Shown piece after piece: positions 37,836-47,656 of a stretch of DNA of 64,000 nt (the first letter of the stretch is position 1; every line of letters starts with the position of its first letter). A model generated the notes under the pieces. The model made no database searches. It saw only the letters and a list, made by a program, of their open reading frames with translations, and was not told where the DNA came from. The DNA is from Candidatus Uhrbacteria bacterium (GTDB taxonomy: Bacteria; Patescibacteriota; Patescibacteriia; JACPHY01): assembly GCA_016188355.1 (NCBI GenBank), contig JACPHY010000011.1, forward strand, positions 23,219 through 87,218, read 5' to 3'. The position numbers and the translations under genes were made by a program.

Positions 37836-38333
37836 ATGATTCCCGATCCACAAAAGCCCGGCGTGGGGGTTGCGGCGGTGATTTGGCAGGATGAGCGGCG
37901 GGAACGGCTGCTGCTCGGACTTGGGCATGATCCGGCGACCAGAGATTCGATTTACGCGATGCCGGGCGGTCATTGGGATCCGGGAGAATCGCTCATGGAG
38001 GCGGTGCAGCGGGAGGCACGGGAGGAGGCAGGCGTGGCGATTGATCGCGTGACCTTTTTGTGTGCGTTCGATTTTTTTCGAGCAGATAAGCAGCGGAGCT
38101 ACGTGAGTATTTGGTTTCAGTCCTATTGGGCAGGTGGGGAACCGCAAGTGATGGAGGCGGCGAATAAACGGAGTTGGGGATGGTGCACGCCAATGGAGGC
38201 ACTGGCGCTGCCGCTGTGGGAGCTGGATCGCGTCCTTATTGCTCGAGCTATGTCCGGAGTGGAGCGATTCGAGACGAATCCTGCGTTAGTGACGGTCGAT
38301 ATGCGACCGCGGACACCGACGGTAGGTGTGTGA
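37836..38333 (+). CDS. NUDIX hydrolase
   Basis: Nudix box GGHWDPGESLMEAVQREAREEAGV (Gx5Ex7REUxEExGU). Confidence 0.85.
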   Translation: MIPDPQKPGVGVAAVIWQDERRERLLLGLGHDPATRDSIYAMPGGHWDPGESLMEAVQREAREEAGVAIDRVTFLCAFDFFRADKQRSYVSIWFQSYWAGGEPQVMEAANKRSWGWCTPMEALALPLWELDRVLIARAMSGVERFETNPALVTVDMRPRTPTVGV

Positions 38334-38447
38334 GTGGTTGCGGGAATGCAAACTCGACATCGGGCGACCATTAGTATGTAGCAGAGGAGCTGGATCCCAC
38401 GACGATTGACGTGTGAATAAACGTCCTGCATGAATGGAAGAGTGCAC

Positions 38448-38523
38448 GGGTCGCTAGCTCAACTGGTAGAGCAAATCCCTCTTAAGGATAAGGTTCCGGG
38501 TTCGAGCCCCGGGCGACCCACCA
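38448..38523 (+). tRNA. tRNA-Lys (anticodon CTT), CCA encoded
   Basis: GGGTCGCTAGCTCAACTGGTAGAGCAAATCCCTCTTAAGGATAAGGTTCCGGGTTCGAGCCCCGGGCGACCCACCA is close to bacterial tRNA-Lys. Anticodon loop CTCTTAA. Confidence 0.85.
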
Positions 38524-38700
38524 GAATCACGGGACGAACCTCCCGGTTCGCCTGTGGGCCCACTCCCTCCTTTCGGTCGAATCAGCCATTCGGTCGCTTG
38601 CTCCCTCCGTATGTGGGGTCGGGCAAAGCCCTTCTTCCTCACATACTCCGGTCGCTGCGCTCGGATCAGGATGGAGTCCGCGGGGCGCACCAAAAAATGA
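38524..38700 (+). ncRNA. conserved tRNA 3'-trailer element (copy 3 of 3), after tRNA-Lys
   Basis: CGGTCGAATCAGCCATTCGGTCGCTTGCTCCCTCCGTATGTGGGGTCGGGCAAAGCCCTTCTTCCTCACATACTCCGGTCGCTGCGCTCGG. Hairpin gtatgtgggg/cctcacatac. Near-identical boxes to the Glu copy in the same orientation relative to the tRNA. Confidence 0.5.
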
Positions 38701-38711
38701 ACTTTGCATAC

Positions 38712-38745
38712 AAAACACCCGGGCATTGCCCGGGTGTTTTGTATG
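38712..38745. terminator. bidirectional terminator hairpin between the tRNA-Lys unit and hup
   Basis: aaaacacccgggc-attg-cccgggtgtttt perfect stem with T-runs on both strands. Confidence 0.7.
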
Positions 38746-38758
38746 GGTGCGCCACTCT

Positions 38759-39037
38759 TTAGACGCGGAGGGCGTCCTTGAGGGTCTTGCCTGCCTTGAA
38801 CTTGGGGACGCGGACGGAGGGGATCTGGATTTTCTCGGTCGGGTTGCGGGGGTTCACACCCATGCGGCCCTTGCGCTCGCGGGACTCGAAGGTGCCGAAT
38901 CCGGTGATCGTCACCTCGCCGCCGGACTTCAGGACGGAGATGATCGTATCAAAAATGAGATTGACGGTGTCCTCGCCCTGCTTCTTCGAAAGTCCGATCT
39001 TCGAAGCAACGATGTCGACCAGCTCGGCCTTGTTCAT
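38759..39037 (-). CDS. hup: DNA-binding protein HU
   Basis: MNKAELVDIVASKIGLSKKQGEDTVNLIFDTI...GFGTFESRERKGRMGVNPRNPTEKIQIPSVRVPKFKAGKTLKDAL is the canonical HU/IHF fold sequence. Confidence 0.9.
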   Translation of the reverse strand: MNKAELVDIVASKIGLSKKQGEDTVNLIFDTIISVLKSGGEVTITGFGTFESRERKGRMGVNPRNPTEKIQIPSVRVPKFKAGKTLKDALRV

Positions 39038-39122
39038 ACAATGACGAATCAATGGCGGGTATTGCATGGACGATCAGAAATTCGACCATGTAATACTTCC
39101 ATCATTCGTGCACAATTAATTG

Positions 39123-39911
39123 CTAGGAAATAGTGACCTCTCGATGCAGACGTTCCACTGCGACGGCGCGATGTGCGAGCGGATCCACATCCACGAGCAT
39201 CGCATGTACCCATGCCGGACCCGTTTCCGGCCACACGTACCGTTGTGGTATGGCGGTCACGAATTGCGGAATGGAGGTGGCGGGATCCACGCCGATCACC
39301 GAGTCGCGCGCGCCGGTCATGCCTACGTCTGTCACGAACGCGGTGCCCTGTGGCAGGATGCGGGCATCAGCCGTCGGAATGTGCGTGTGGGTGCCGTAGA
39401 TGATCGTCGCGCGACCATCCGCGTACCAACCGAATGCATTTCGTTCGGAAGATGCTTCTCCGTGAAAATCCACAATCACCACGTCCGCGGGATGCTCCGT
39501 CACGATCGAGTCGAAGGTGCGGAACGGATTATCCACGAGGTCCTTCATGAATACCCTCCCGAGCAAATTTACCACAAGCACTGTTTTCCCGTCAACGGAC
39601 AGTGTTTTCCACCCCACTCCCGGAGCACCTGGCGGATAGTTGGCGGGGCGGATGATTCGGGCATCGGGTCGGCGCATGAGTTCGATGCCCTCGGGCTTGT
39701 CCCAGACGTGATTGCCGCCCGTGAGCAGCGTCACACCCGCGTCGAGCACATCGGCGAGTGTCTTCTCGGTCATGCCGAGGCCGTGCGCGAGGTTTTCGCC
39801 ATTCGCAAGCACCACGTCTGGCTGGTATTGCTGGCGCAGTTCCGGCAGCACGCGCGCGAGTGCTTGTCGACCAATTTTTCCAACGACATCACCGAAGATG
39901 AGGAAGCGCAC
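39123..39911 (-). CDS. ymdB: YmdB-family metallophosphoesterase (2',3'-cNMP phosphodiesterase-like)
   Basis: MRFLIFGDVVGKIGRQAL...LANGENLAHGLG...GGNHVWDK... is typical of TIGR00282/YmdB. Immediately downstream of rny, as in Bacillus. Confidence 0.75.
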   Translation of the reverse strand: MRFLIFGDVVGKIGRQALARVLPELRQQYQPDVVLANGENLAHGLGMTEKTLADVLDAGVTLLTGGNHVWDKPEGIELMRRPDARIIRPANYPPGAPGVGWKTLSVDGKTVLVVNLLGRVFMKDLVDNPFRTFDSIVTEHPADVVIVDFHGEASSERNAFGWYADGRATIIYGTHTHIPTADARILPQGTAFVTDVGMTGARDSVIGVDPATSIPQFVTAIPQRYVWPETGPAWVHAMLVDVDPLAHRAVAVERLHREVTIS

Positions 39912-39929
39912 AGGAGGAAGAGGGAAGAA

Positions 39930-41459
39930 TCATCGGGCGTATTCGATGGCGCGGGTCTCCCGGATGGCGGTGACTTTGATTTCTCCGGGGTAGGTGAGTT
40001 CCTGTTCGATTTTTTTCGCAATCTCCTTGGCGGTGCGATACATCGTGAGATCGTCCATCTTTTGCGGGGAGAAGAAGACACGCACCTCGCGCCCGGCCTG
40101 GATGGCGTACGCTTTGTCCACGCCCTCGAAGGAGACGGCGACCCGTTCGAGTTCCTCCAGGCGTTTGAGGTAATCCTCGTAGCTATCTTTTCGTGCACCG
40201 GGCCGTGCGCCCGAGATGGCGTCAGCGGCCTTCACGATGCATCCGACCACCGTCGTCGGCTTATCCTCATGATGGGCGATGGGAGCGTAGCACACCTCCT
40301 CGGACATCCCGAATTTTTTGAGGATATTGTAACCGATCTCGATGTGCGTTCCCGGAATATCGTGATCTACGGATTTTCCGATGTCGTGGAAGAGTCCGCC
40401 GCGTTTCGCGTCGGCGACATTTTGACCGAGTTCCACGGCCATGAGGCCGGCCAGGTTGGCTACCTCGATCGAGTGGAGGAGTACGTTCTGCCCGTAGCTC
40501 GTGCGGTACTTCAGGCGGCCGAGTACCTGGACGAGTTTCGGATCGATGCCCGTGATGCCGAGTTGGAAGAGCGCGTCTTCGCCCGCCTTCCGGACATCCG
40601 TTGCAAGTTCCTTCTTCGCATTTTCTACTGCTTCCTCGACACGTCCCGGATGGATGCGGCCATCCTGAATGAGGTCCTCAATGGCGCGTTTCGCTACTTG
40701 CCGGCGAATCGGAGAGAATCCCGAGATCGTGATCGTCATCGGCGTTTCGTCCACGATGATTTCGCAGCCGGTCAGTTGCTCGATCGCCTTGATGTTGCGT
40801 CCCTCCTTGCCGATGATGCGTCCCTTCATGTCATCAGAGGGGAGGGTCACGCTCGATGTGGTCGTTTCGACCGAATGGGAAGAGGCGAGTCGTTGGATGG
40901 CGGTCGAGAGAATCGTTCGCGCCTTTCGTTCGATTTCCTCCGCATTTTCCTGCTCGAGTTTTCGGAGGCGCGCCGTGAGTGAGTCACGAGTGTCTTCGGC
41001 CACGCGTGCGAGGAGTCGCTCCTGTGCGGCGTCTCGCGGGAGCTGTGCGATTTCTTCGAGCTTCTTGATCTCGGCGTCACGGAGGGACTCGATGGCGCGT
41101 TTCGCTTCCTCTAATTTCGTGCGTTGTTCCTCCACGCGAGATTGCTGCTCTTGCAATTCGATCAGTTTCTGATCGAACAGTGTTTCTCGTTTTTCGAGTC
41201 GTTGCTGCATCGCGGAGAGTTCGCGGCGGCGCTCGGTTTCCTCGCGCTTCGCGTCATCCACGATTTTGAGTCCTTTTTCCTTTGCCTTGAGGAGGAAGTC
41301 ATGCTCCCGACGCTTTGCGTCTTGGAGAATTTCTTCGGCGCGACGCTCCGCCGCAGATACGCGCCGCGCAGCCATCAGGTGGCGATACGCGTACCCCATC
41401 GCGGCGCCGCTCACTAAAATGGCGGCACCACCAATCACAATCATCAATACCTCGGGCAT
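39930..41459 (-). CDS. rny: ribonuclease Y
   Basis: N-terminal TM helix, coiled coil, KH domain (IIGKEGRNIKAIEQLTGCEIIVDE) and HD domain (GLFHDIGKSVDHD...HH). Confidence 0.9.
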   Translation of the reverse strand: MPEVLMIVIGGAAILVSGAAMGYAYRHLMAARRVSAAERRAEEILQDAKRREHDFLLKAKEKGLKIVDDAKREETERRRELSAMQQRLEKRETLFDQKLIELQEQQSRVEEQRTKLEEAKRAIESLRDAEIKKLEEIAQLPRDAAQERLLARVAEDTRDSLTARLRKLEQENAEEIERKARTILSTAIQRLASSHSVETTTSSVTLPSDDMKGRIIGKEGRNIKAIEQLTGCEIIVDETPMTITISGFSPIRRQVAKRAIEDLIQDGRIHPGRVEEAVENAKKELATDVRKAGEDALFQLGITGIDPKLVQVLGRLKYRTSYGQNVLLHSIEVANLAGLMAVELGQNVADAKRGGLFHDIGKSVDHDIPGTHIEIGYNILKKFGMSEEVCYAPIAHHEDKPTTVVGCIVKAADAISGARPGARKDSYEDYLKRLEELERVAVSFEGVDKAYAIQAGREVRVFFSPQKMDDLTMYRTAKEIAKKIEQELTYPGEIKVTAIRETRAIEYAR

Positions 41460-41892
41460 ACAATGCCCACGAGGCTCCGGACGAGGCGTCTCCAGTCCCG
41501 AATGATGTACGAGATCACGCGTCCTCACCGATGAGTGAGGGAATCGATAACGGTACAAGCTCCACCGGAGCGATATCCGGTGAGCGCAGAGCGATCAGCA
41601 CTTCGAGTACGTGCGCGTGCAACATGCGATAGGTCTTCTTGGACGACGCGTTGGAGTGTTCGTGGGATCCATTAACAGAGGAGGGCAGAGAGGCCCTTCG
41701 CATCGAAGCGTAGCATGCAGATATTGGCGGGACAAGAACAGGGGAACGGCGCAACTGAGCCGTTGCGGCAGTATCTCGGGTGCGTGGTTGACGGGCAAGG
41801 AAAACGGAATACGACCGAAATTTCGTATGTCATCGCTTGACTGAGCGGAAACATCGCGGGTACCGTGGAGAGTATTACCGACGCTCGCTGCT

Positions 41893-43911
41893 ATGAACGT
41901 TTCCGAACTCGCACGCCGTATCAATCTCCCCCCGCAGGAGCTCTATGAGCTCCTGCCGCAGTTTGGTTTTGATATTGGTCGCCGTGCGATCAAAATTGAC
42001 GATCAACTTGCGCAGCGATTTTTGAAGCAGTGGCCGCGCATTCGGCGGGAGTACCAACGCCGGAAGGAAAAGGAGCGCGATGAGGAAGAGCGGAAGCAGC
42101 GGCGACGTGCAGTGGCGGAGGGAACCGCGCGGGAGGTGACACTTCCCGCCATCATCAATGTTCGGGATTTTGCGGCGTTGCTCCACATGCCGGTATCGGA
42201 GGTGCTGCAGGAGCTGCTGCGGAACGGAATCCTCGCGAACATGAATGAGCCGATCGACTACGCGACCGCCGCAATTATTGCGGAGGATTTGGGGTTCCGT
42301 CCCTCCGCGAGCGCAGCGGCTCCGGTAGAGGTGGAGCGGGAAGCGGCGAAGCCGACGCCCGCCACAGAGGCATCTGCTCCATCGGGAACAGCCGGCGCCC
42401 TACGTGCGCCAGTGGTGGTGGTGCTCGGGCACGTCGACCACGGGAAGACGTCGCTCCTCGATCGGATTCGTTCCGCGCGGGTGGCCGCTGGTGAGGCGGG
42501 GGGCATCACGCAGCATATCGGCGCATATCAAACGATGCAGCAGGGGAAGCCGATCACGTTCATCGATACTCCTGGACATGAAGCGTTCACGACCATGCGT
42601 TCGCGAGGCGCGCGGGTTGCCGACATTGGTATCCTCGTGGTTGCGGCGGATGACGGCGTGCAGCCGCAGACGAAGGAAGCGTTGAAGATCATTCAGGCAG
42701 CAAAGCTGCCGTTCGTGGTCGCCATGAATAAGATTGATAAATCGGATGCGAATCCGGAGCGTGTGCGGCAGGAACTTGGTGCGCTCGGTGTGCTTTCCGA
42801 GGAGTGGGGCGGGAAGACGCCATTTGTGCCTGTGTCGGCGAAAACGGGCGATGGGGTGGAGCGACTCTTGGAGATGATCCTGCTGGTTGCGGATGTGGAG
42901 CGCGAGCGGTTGCAGGCAGATCCGGAGGCACCTGTTGAGGCTGCCACCGTGGAGTCCCATCTCGATAAGCAGGAGGGTCCCGTGGCCACGCTGCTCGTGC
43001 AGAAAGGAACGTTGCGCGCCGGAGACGTCCTCGGTTTGGACGGCGCATTCGCGGGGAAGGTGCGCGCGATGCGCGATTATCGTGGCGAACTTCTCGATGC
43101 GGCGCCGCCGTCGACGCCGGTTCGTATTTTGGGATTCAAAGTGCTGCCCGAGGTGGGCGATATTGTGACGGTCGCAAAGCATCAGAGTGAGCTCACTGCA
43201 GCGAAGCGCAAAGTGGTGCGCGCGACGAGCGGGATGTCGACGCCGATCGTGGTGTCGTCGTCCACCACCACAGAGTCCGCCACGCCGCCGGCAGTGGTGT
43301 TGCCGATTGTGGTGCGCGCCGACATGCTTGGTTCGCTCGAAGCGGTGTGCAATGAGGTGGAGAAGATCGGTGGGTCGATTGCGCGCGTGCAAATCATTGG
43401 CCGCGGTCTCGGCAACATCACGGAAGCGGACATTGCACAGGCAGAAGCGGCAAAGGGACAAATTTTTGGATTCGGAGTGCACGCGCTCGATCCGATTCTG
43501 CGTCGCGCGCGAGAGGCGAACGTCCCGATCACGACGGAGAAAATTATTTACGAGATTCTCGCGAAGATTCGTTCCACGCTCGAAGCGATGCTGCCGGAAG
43601 AAATCATCCGCGAAGATTTGGGCGTCACGCAAATTCTCGCATTGTTCCGGAAGGAGCCACGTTGGCAAGTGGTGGGCTGCAAAGTGCTCGCGGGTAAAAT
43701 CATCCTTGCGAAGGGTGTGCGAGCGAAGTTGCTCCGCGGCGGCGAGGTCATCGCGGAGGGCCGCCTCCTGGGACTTCAGGCAGGAAAGGAAGAGATACGA
43801 GAAGTGGTGGTGGGCCAAGAGTGCGGCATGAAGATTGGCGGCATCGAAGGGATGGAGGTAGGTGATCAGATCCAATTCGTCCGCGAGGAGAAGCGGAAAC
43901 AGAAATTGTAG
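41893..43911 (+). CDS. infB: translation initiation factor IF-2
   Basis: IF2 N-domain ([21 protein letters not shown]), G-domain [20 protein letters not shown]...DTPGHEAF...NKIDK, and C-terminal domains. Confidence 0.95.
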   Translation: MNVSELARRINLPPQELYELLPQFGFDIGRRAIKIDDQLAQRFLKQWPRIRREYQRRKEKERDEEERKQRRRAVAEGTAREVTLPAIINVRDFAALLHMPVSEVLQELLRNGILANMNEPIDYATAAIIAEDLGFRPSASAAAPVEVEREAAKPTPATEASAPSGTAGALRAPVVVVLGHVDHGKTSLLDRIRSARVAAGEAGGITQHIGAYQTMQQGKPITFIDTPGHEAFTTMRSRGARVADIGILVVAADDGVQPQTKEALKIIQAAKLPFVVAMNKIDKSDANPERVRQELGALGVLSEEWGGKTPFVPVSAKTGDGVERLLEMILLVADVERERLQADPEAPVEAATVESHLDKQEGPVATLLVQKGTLRAGDVLGLDGAFAGKVRAMRDYRGELLDAAPPSTPVRILGFKVLPEVGDIVTVAKHQSELTAAKRKVVRATSGMSTPIVVSSSTTTESATPPAVVLPIVVRADMLGSLEAVCNEVEKIGGSIARVQIIGRGLGNITEADIAQAEAAKGQIFGFGVHALDPILRRAREANVPITTEKIIYEILAKIRSTLEAMLPEEIIREDLGVTQILALFRKEPRWQVVGCKVLAGKIILAKGVRAKLLRGGEVIAEGRLLGLQAGKEEIREVVVGQECGMKIGGIEGMEVGDQIQFVREEKRKQKL

Positions 43912-43943
43912 GAATCAGCCGAGAGTGACGCGCAAGTGTACAC

Positions 43944-43980
43944 CACCGGAGTCGCCCTGCGACTCCGGTGGTGTGTTGAC
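43944..43980 (+). terminator. hairpin after infB
   Basis: caccaccggagtcgc-cct-gcgactccggtggtg perfect 15-bp stem with no strong T-tract. Confidence 0.5.
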
Positions 43981-44190
43981 GAGGTTTTGGACAAACAGGA
44001 TCGGGTCGCGTGCGGAGCTTTGGTATACCGGAGGTGGTGGGTTGACGAGGCCGGCGGAAGCGGGTACGGTCAGCGCAGTAGTGCACATTCACAACACATG
44101 GGAACCAGGTCGAAATCGGCGCGAACGACGACACGGCGACGGACCACCCGGAAAAAGGGTGTATCTGCGCGAGAACAGAGGAGGAAGGCA

Positions 44191-45240
44191 GTGACGAGCG
44201 ATCCTGTGACGAGCGCGGTCGCTTTGGATCACTACGCTGCGCTCGAGGTGCATCCCCGTGCGCGGCATAGCGTGATTCGGGCTGCGTATCGCGTCCTGGC
44301 AAAAGAGTATGCTCCGGATAATGCGAGCACCGGGAATGCTGATGCGTTTCGGCGCATCACTGCAGCACATGACGTGCTCGCCGATGCGGATCGGCGCGCC
44401 GTGTATGATGGCGATCGCGGGAAACTCGAGGGCAAGATCGTGGGTGAGCGGTGGCGTGTGCTTTCCCGAATTGCCGAGGGCGCAATCGGGAAGACGTACA
44501 AGGGTGAGCATGTGCTCACCCGGAAGCCGATCTGCATCAAGTTCTGCGCGGAACTCGACCCGCAGTTTGGCGAGATCATGCTCCACGAGGCCGAGGTGAT
44601 GTGGGATTTGCACCACTACGCATTGCCGGCAATTCGTGACGTATTCCTGCACGAGGAGATCGTGACGCTCGTCATGAGCTACGCACCGGGACTCACGATC
44701 GCGCAGCAAGTGGAGCGGTACGGGCGTCTCCCCGCGATTCATGTGGCGTGGATTACGGACCGCATCCTGAATGCGCTCGTCTATCTCCATGATGAAGAGG
44801 TGGTGCATGGCGACCTCAAGCCGCAGAACGTGATCCTGAGTAAACCGAAGAAGCATGTGCTCACCCTCGTCGATTTCGGCCTCGCCATGGCAAAGCCGAG
44901 ACGGGATTCCGAGAATCTCGGATACACGGATTACTTCTCGGCACCAGAACAGGTGGCGATGCGGGGGCCATTGGTACCGGCATCGGATTTCTATGCGCTC
45001 GGCATGACCATGCTCTACATGCTCGGCGGTGAACGGGGGCTGCTCGCGAAGCAGGTACCCGAGGAAACGCCGGATCCGATGAGCAGGTTCATTCAGAAGA
45101 TCATTGTTCGTGATCCACTGGCTAGGCGTTTCCGCACGCAGGAATTGTGCGATGAGTTTCAGGACGTCCGTGTGCGTTCCTTCGGGAAGCCGCGCACGAG
45201 TCTGGAGCCACTCCCCGGCGCAGAGCGCGCGGGGACTTGA
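44191..45240 (+). CDS. J-domain (DnaJ N-terminal) fused to a Ser/Thr protein kinase domain
   Basis: GTG start after the Shine-Dalgarno sequence GAGGAAGG. J-domain: DHYAALEVHPRARHSVIRAAYRVLAKEYAPDN...DVLADADRRAVYD. Kinase: Gly-rich/VAIK-like IGKTYKG...ICIKF, catalytic loop HGDLKPQNVIL, DFG (LVDFGLA), and APE-like SAPE. Confidence 0.8.
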   Translation: MTSDPVTSAVALDHYAALEVHPRARHSVIRAAYRVLAKEYAPDNASTGNADAFRRITAAHDVLADADRRAVYDGDRGKLEGKIVGERWRVLSRIAEGAIGKTYKGEHVLTRKPICIKFCAELDPQFGEIMLHEAEVMWDLHHYALPAIRDVFLHEEIVTLVMSYAPGLTIAQQVERYGRLPAIHVAWITDRILNALVYLHDEEVVHGDLKPQNVILSKPKKHVLTLVDFGLAMAKPRRDSENLGYTDYFSAPEQVAMRGPLVPASDFYALGMTMLYMLGGERGLLAKQVPEETPDPMSRFIQKIIVRDPLARRFRTQELCDEFQDVRVRSFGKPRTSLEPLPGAERAGT

Positions 45241-45252
45241 AAGGAGTGTGCC

Positions 45253-46317
45253 ATGTCCGAATCCGGTGATTATCAGCAATCCTCGTACTGGTCGGGACAC
45301 GATTTCGGTGATGCCTATGCGCGATACGATCAGCACGCCGGGCGGAGCTACGCGCAGGCGCAGTCCGCGGGGGTGACGATTCAGGATCTCGTGCCGAAGC
45401 GGATCAGCACGCAGAGCACGCGACCACTGCTCATTCGCATCGACCATACCGGATCCATGCACGAAGCGCCGAAGAAGATCTTCGAGAAGCTGCCGTACCT
45501 CTCCCATGAGGCGCGCCAGTACCTCGGGGACGACACGGAGCTCAGCGTGGGTGCGATCGGAGATATGAGTAATGGTCAGGTGGCGGGCGAGGGCGATCGG
45601 TATCCGCTGCAGATTCGCGACTTCGCCCAGCTCTCCGTTCCGCAGGCAGGAGCAAAAACGAAGAGGAAAACGGCGCAATGGGAGGATCCCGAGATTGCGA
45701 AGCGCCTCCTCGAGCTGGTTATCGAGGGTGGCGGTGGTGGGCAGATGCATGAGAACTATGAGTTCGCCATGTTGTACGATGCGCGGAATGTGGACATGCC
45801 TCGTGCCATCACTCCGGTCGCCATCTACATTGGCGACGAGATGCCGTATGAGGTGCTCGCACCGGAGTACGCGGAGCATTACGGTCACCTCGCGCTCGAG
45901 AGGTCCATGACCATTCAGGAAGTGGTGGCGGAACTTCAGCAGAAGTACTCGGTGTACTTCATCCAGCTGCCATACAGCGGGCACGTAGATGGCGATCAGA
46001 TGACCGCAGACACGAAGACGGTGCATCGGACATGGGCGAATCTCCTCGGTGAGGATCAGGTGAAGTACCTGCCCGACCCCGCGCGTGTCGTCGATCTCAT
46101 TTTCGGCATCCTCGCGCAGGAGACCGGGCGAGACGCGTACTTCCGTCAGGAGATCGAAGCGCGTCAGACGCCGGCTCAGGTGCGGACGGTGTACAAGGCG
46201 CTCGGAACGACGCACAAGTTGCCGAGCGGCAAGGAGCCGAGGGGGCTGCGATCCGGCAAGTCGACGCTCCATCGACCGTCCTCCGGGAAGAAGACGAAGG
46301 GTCTCCTCGATGACTGA
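45253..46317 (+). CDS. von Willebrand factor type A (vWA) domain protein
   Basis: A beta-strand plus a MIDAS-like motif LLIRIDHTGSM (DxTGS). Followed by a Lys/Ser-rich tail. Confidence 0.5.
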   Translation: MSESGDYQQSSYWSGHDFGDAYARYDQHAGRSYAQAQSAGVTIQDLVPKRISTQSTRPLLIRIDHTGSMHEAPKKIFEKLPYLSHEARQYLGDDTELSVGAIGDMSNGQVAGEGDRYPLQIRDFAQLSVPQAGAKTKRKTAQWEDPEIAKRLLELVIEGGGGGQMHENYEFAMLYDARNVDMPRAITPVAIYIGDEMPYEVLAPEYAEHYGHLALERSMTIQEVVAELQQKYSVYFIQLPYSGHVDGDQMTADTKTVHRTWANLLGEDQVKYLPDPARVVDLIFGILAQETGRDAYFRQEIEARQTPAQVRTVYKALGTTHKLPSGKEPRGLRSGKSTLHRPSSGKKTKGLLDD

Positions 46318-47512
46318 TGCGCGCCCGCTCGATCTCCTCGTGACGCTCTGGCCGAGTTTCCCACACTTCGCGCAGTTCGCCGATGACCCGCGGCTCGCGG
46401 GCATTCGACTGAACAGTGCGATGGTGTCGAATGCGGAAATCGAGCAGGAGCTTGGGATTGCGGCGGCGCATCGGGGATCGGTTCCGCTCTTCTTCGACGT
46501 GAAGGGGCGACAGCTCCGCATAGTCGAGGTCGATGCGCAGCCGGATCATCTCGAGTGCGTGCTCAATCATCCGATTGCGGTACAGACGCCGACGTCCGTG
46601 CTGTTCAAGGGCGGTGAGGATTCCGCTCGGCTCGATCGGTTGGCGGATGGGGGGCGGCGCCTCATCTTTCATCGCGGACCGCGCTTCGCGGTGCGGCCGG
46701 GCGAATCGCTCCACATCCGTCATCCCTCGCTCCGCGTGTCCGGGAACCTCTTCACGGAGCAGGAGCTCCAGAAGATTGCGACCGTACGCGGAGCAGGATT
46801 CACGCGGTACTTCCTCTCGTACGTCGAGTCCGCGCGCGATGTGGATGAATTCCGGGAGCTGGTGGGTCGAGATGCGGAAGTTTGGTTGAAGATCGAGAAT
46901 CCGAAGGGCCTTCAGTATGTCGCCACGGAGTTCCGCAAGGAACCGAACCTCGTGCTCGTCGCCGCGTGTGGTGATCTCTACGTCGAGATGGAACGGCCGC
47001 ATGCAATCCTCGGCGCATTGCGGATGATCGTGGAGCATGATCCCGAGGCATGTGTGGGGTCGCGGATGTTGCTCTCGGTCGTGCAGGAGCCGCTTCCGCC
47101 GATGCTGCGGAGCGCACTCCAGTACATCGCGGAGCGGCGTCCGGAAACGAGTGATCTCCACCGCATGCTCATGGCGGTCCTCCATCGGCCGGTGCCCTCG
47201 CTTGCCGATTTCGCGCAGCTCGCGTGGCTCTACGATATCGGATACCGGCGGATGATGCTCTGTGATGAGCTCTGTCTCAAGGGTGAGTTGCTCACGACCG
47301 CGGTGCATGCATTCGATGCGTTCCGTACGTCGTACGGTGCGCCGATCACGAAAGCGTCGCCGCTGATATCGAAGGGGCATTCGGCGGCGGGATCGACGAG
47401 TGCGCCTGCGGCGACCACTACGCCTCCGCGTCCCACAGTGTCGGCTCCCATCAAGGGTCCGCGTATTCTTTGGACGCCACTACGATCGCCACCGCGCGGT
47501 GGCCCAAAATGA
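46310..47512 (+). CDS. divergent pyruvate-kinase-fold (PK barrel) protein
   Basis: Collinear with PK motifs: IRLNSAM (compare ARLNFSH), FFDVKGRQLRI (compare LLDTKGPEIRT), LKIENPKGL (compare KIENQEG), LVLVAACGDLYVEM (compare IMVARGDLGVEI). Several catalytic positions are substituted. Overlaps the vWA stop. Confidence 0.55.
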   Translation: MTDARPLDLLVTLWPSFPHFAQFADDPRLAGIRLNSAMVSNAEIEQELGIAAAHRGSVPLFFDVKGRQLRIVEVDAQPDHLECVLNHPIAVQTPTSVLFKGGEDSARLDRLADGGRRLIFHRGPRFAVRPGESLHIRHPSLRVSGNLFTEQELQKIATVRGAGFTRYFLSYVESARDVDEFRELVGRDAEVWLKIENPKGLQYVATEFRKEPNLVLVAACGDLYVEMERPHAILGALRMIVEHDPEACVGSRMLLSVVQEPLPPMLRSALQYIAERRPETSDLHRMLMAVLHRPVPSLADFAQLAWLYDIGYRRMMLCDELCLKGELLTTAVHAFDAFRTSYGAPITKASPLISKGHSAAGSTSAPAATTTPPRPTVSAPIKGPRILWTPLRSPPRGGPK

Positions 47513-47656
47513 CGTGATCATCGCACCGGCAGGCCATGCGCCTGCCGGTTTTCTCTATATTGCTTGACATATTGCGTGTGCGGTGAGAAAGTCCAGCTGG
47601 TTCCTTTCTTGCGAAATCGTGCACCGCGCGTCGGTGCAACGAGGAATGGAGGAGGT

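Noticed and set aside
38524-38700. Trailer element as tmRNA, RNase P RNA or 6S RNA.
   Set aside because: It lacks the tRNA-like split acceptor, the tag reading frame, the RNase P conserved CR-I to CR-V boxes, and the 6S central bubble. The length and mosaic organisation do not fit.
14300-38760. Integrative mobile element or genomic island bounded by tRNA genes and inverted repeats.
   Set aside because: There is no integrase, recombinase or phage gene. The content is housekeeping (tsaD, alr, tsaE, ftsH, rpsA, gyrA, nusB, rnc). The repeats do not overlap the tRNA 3' ends as att sites would.
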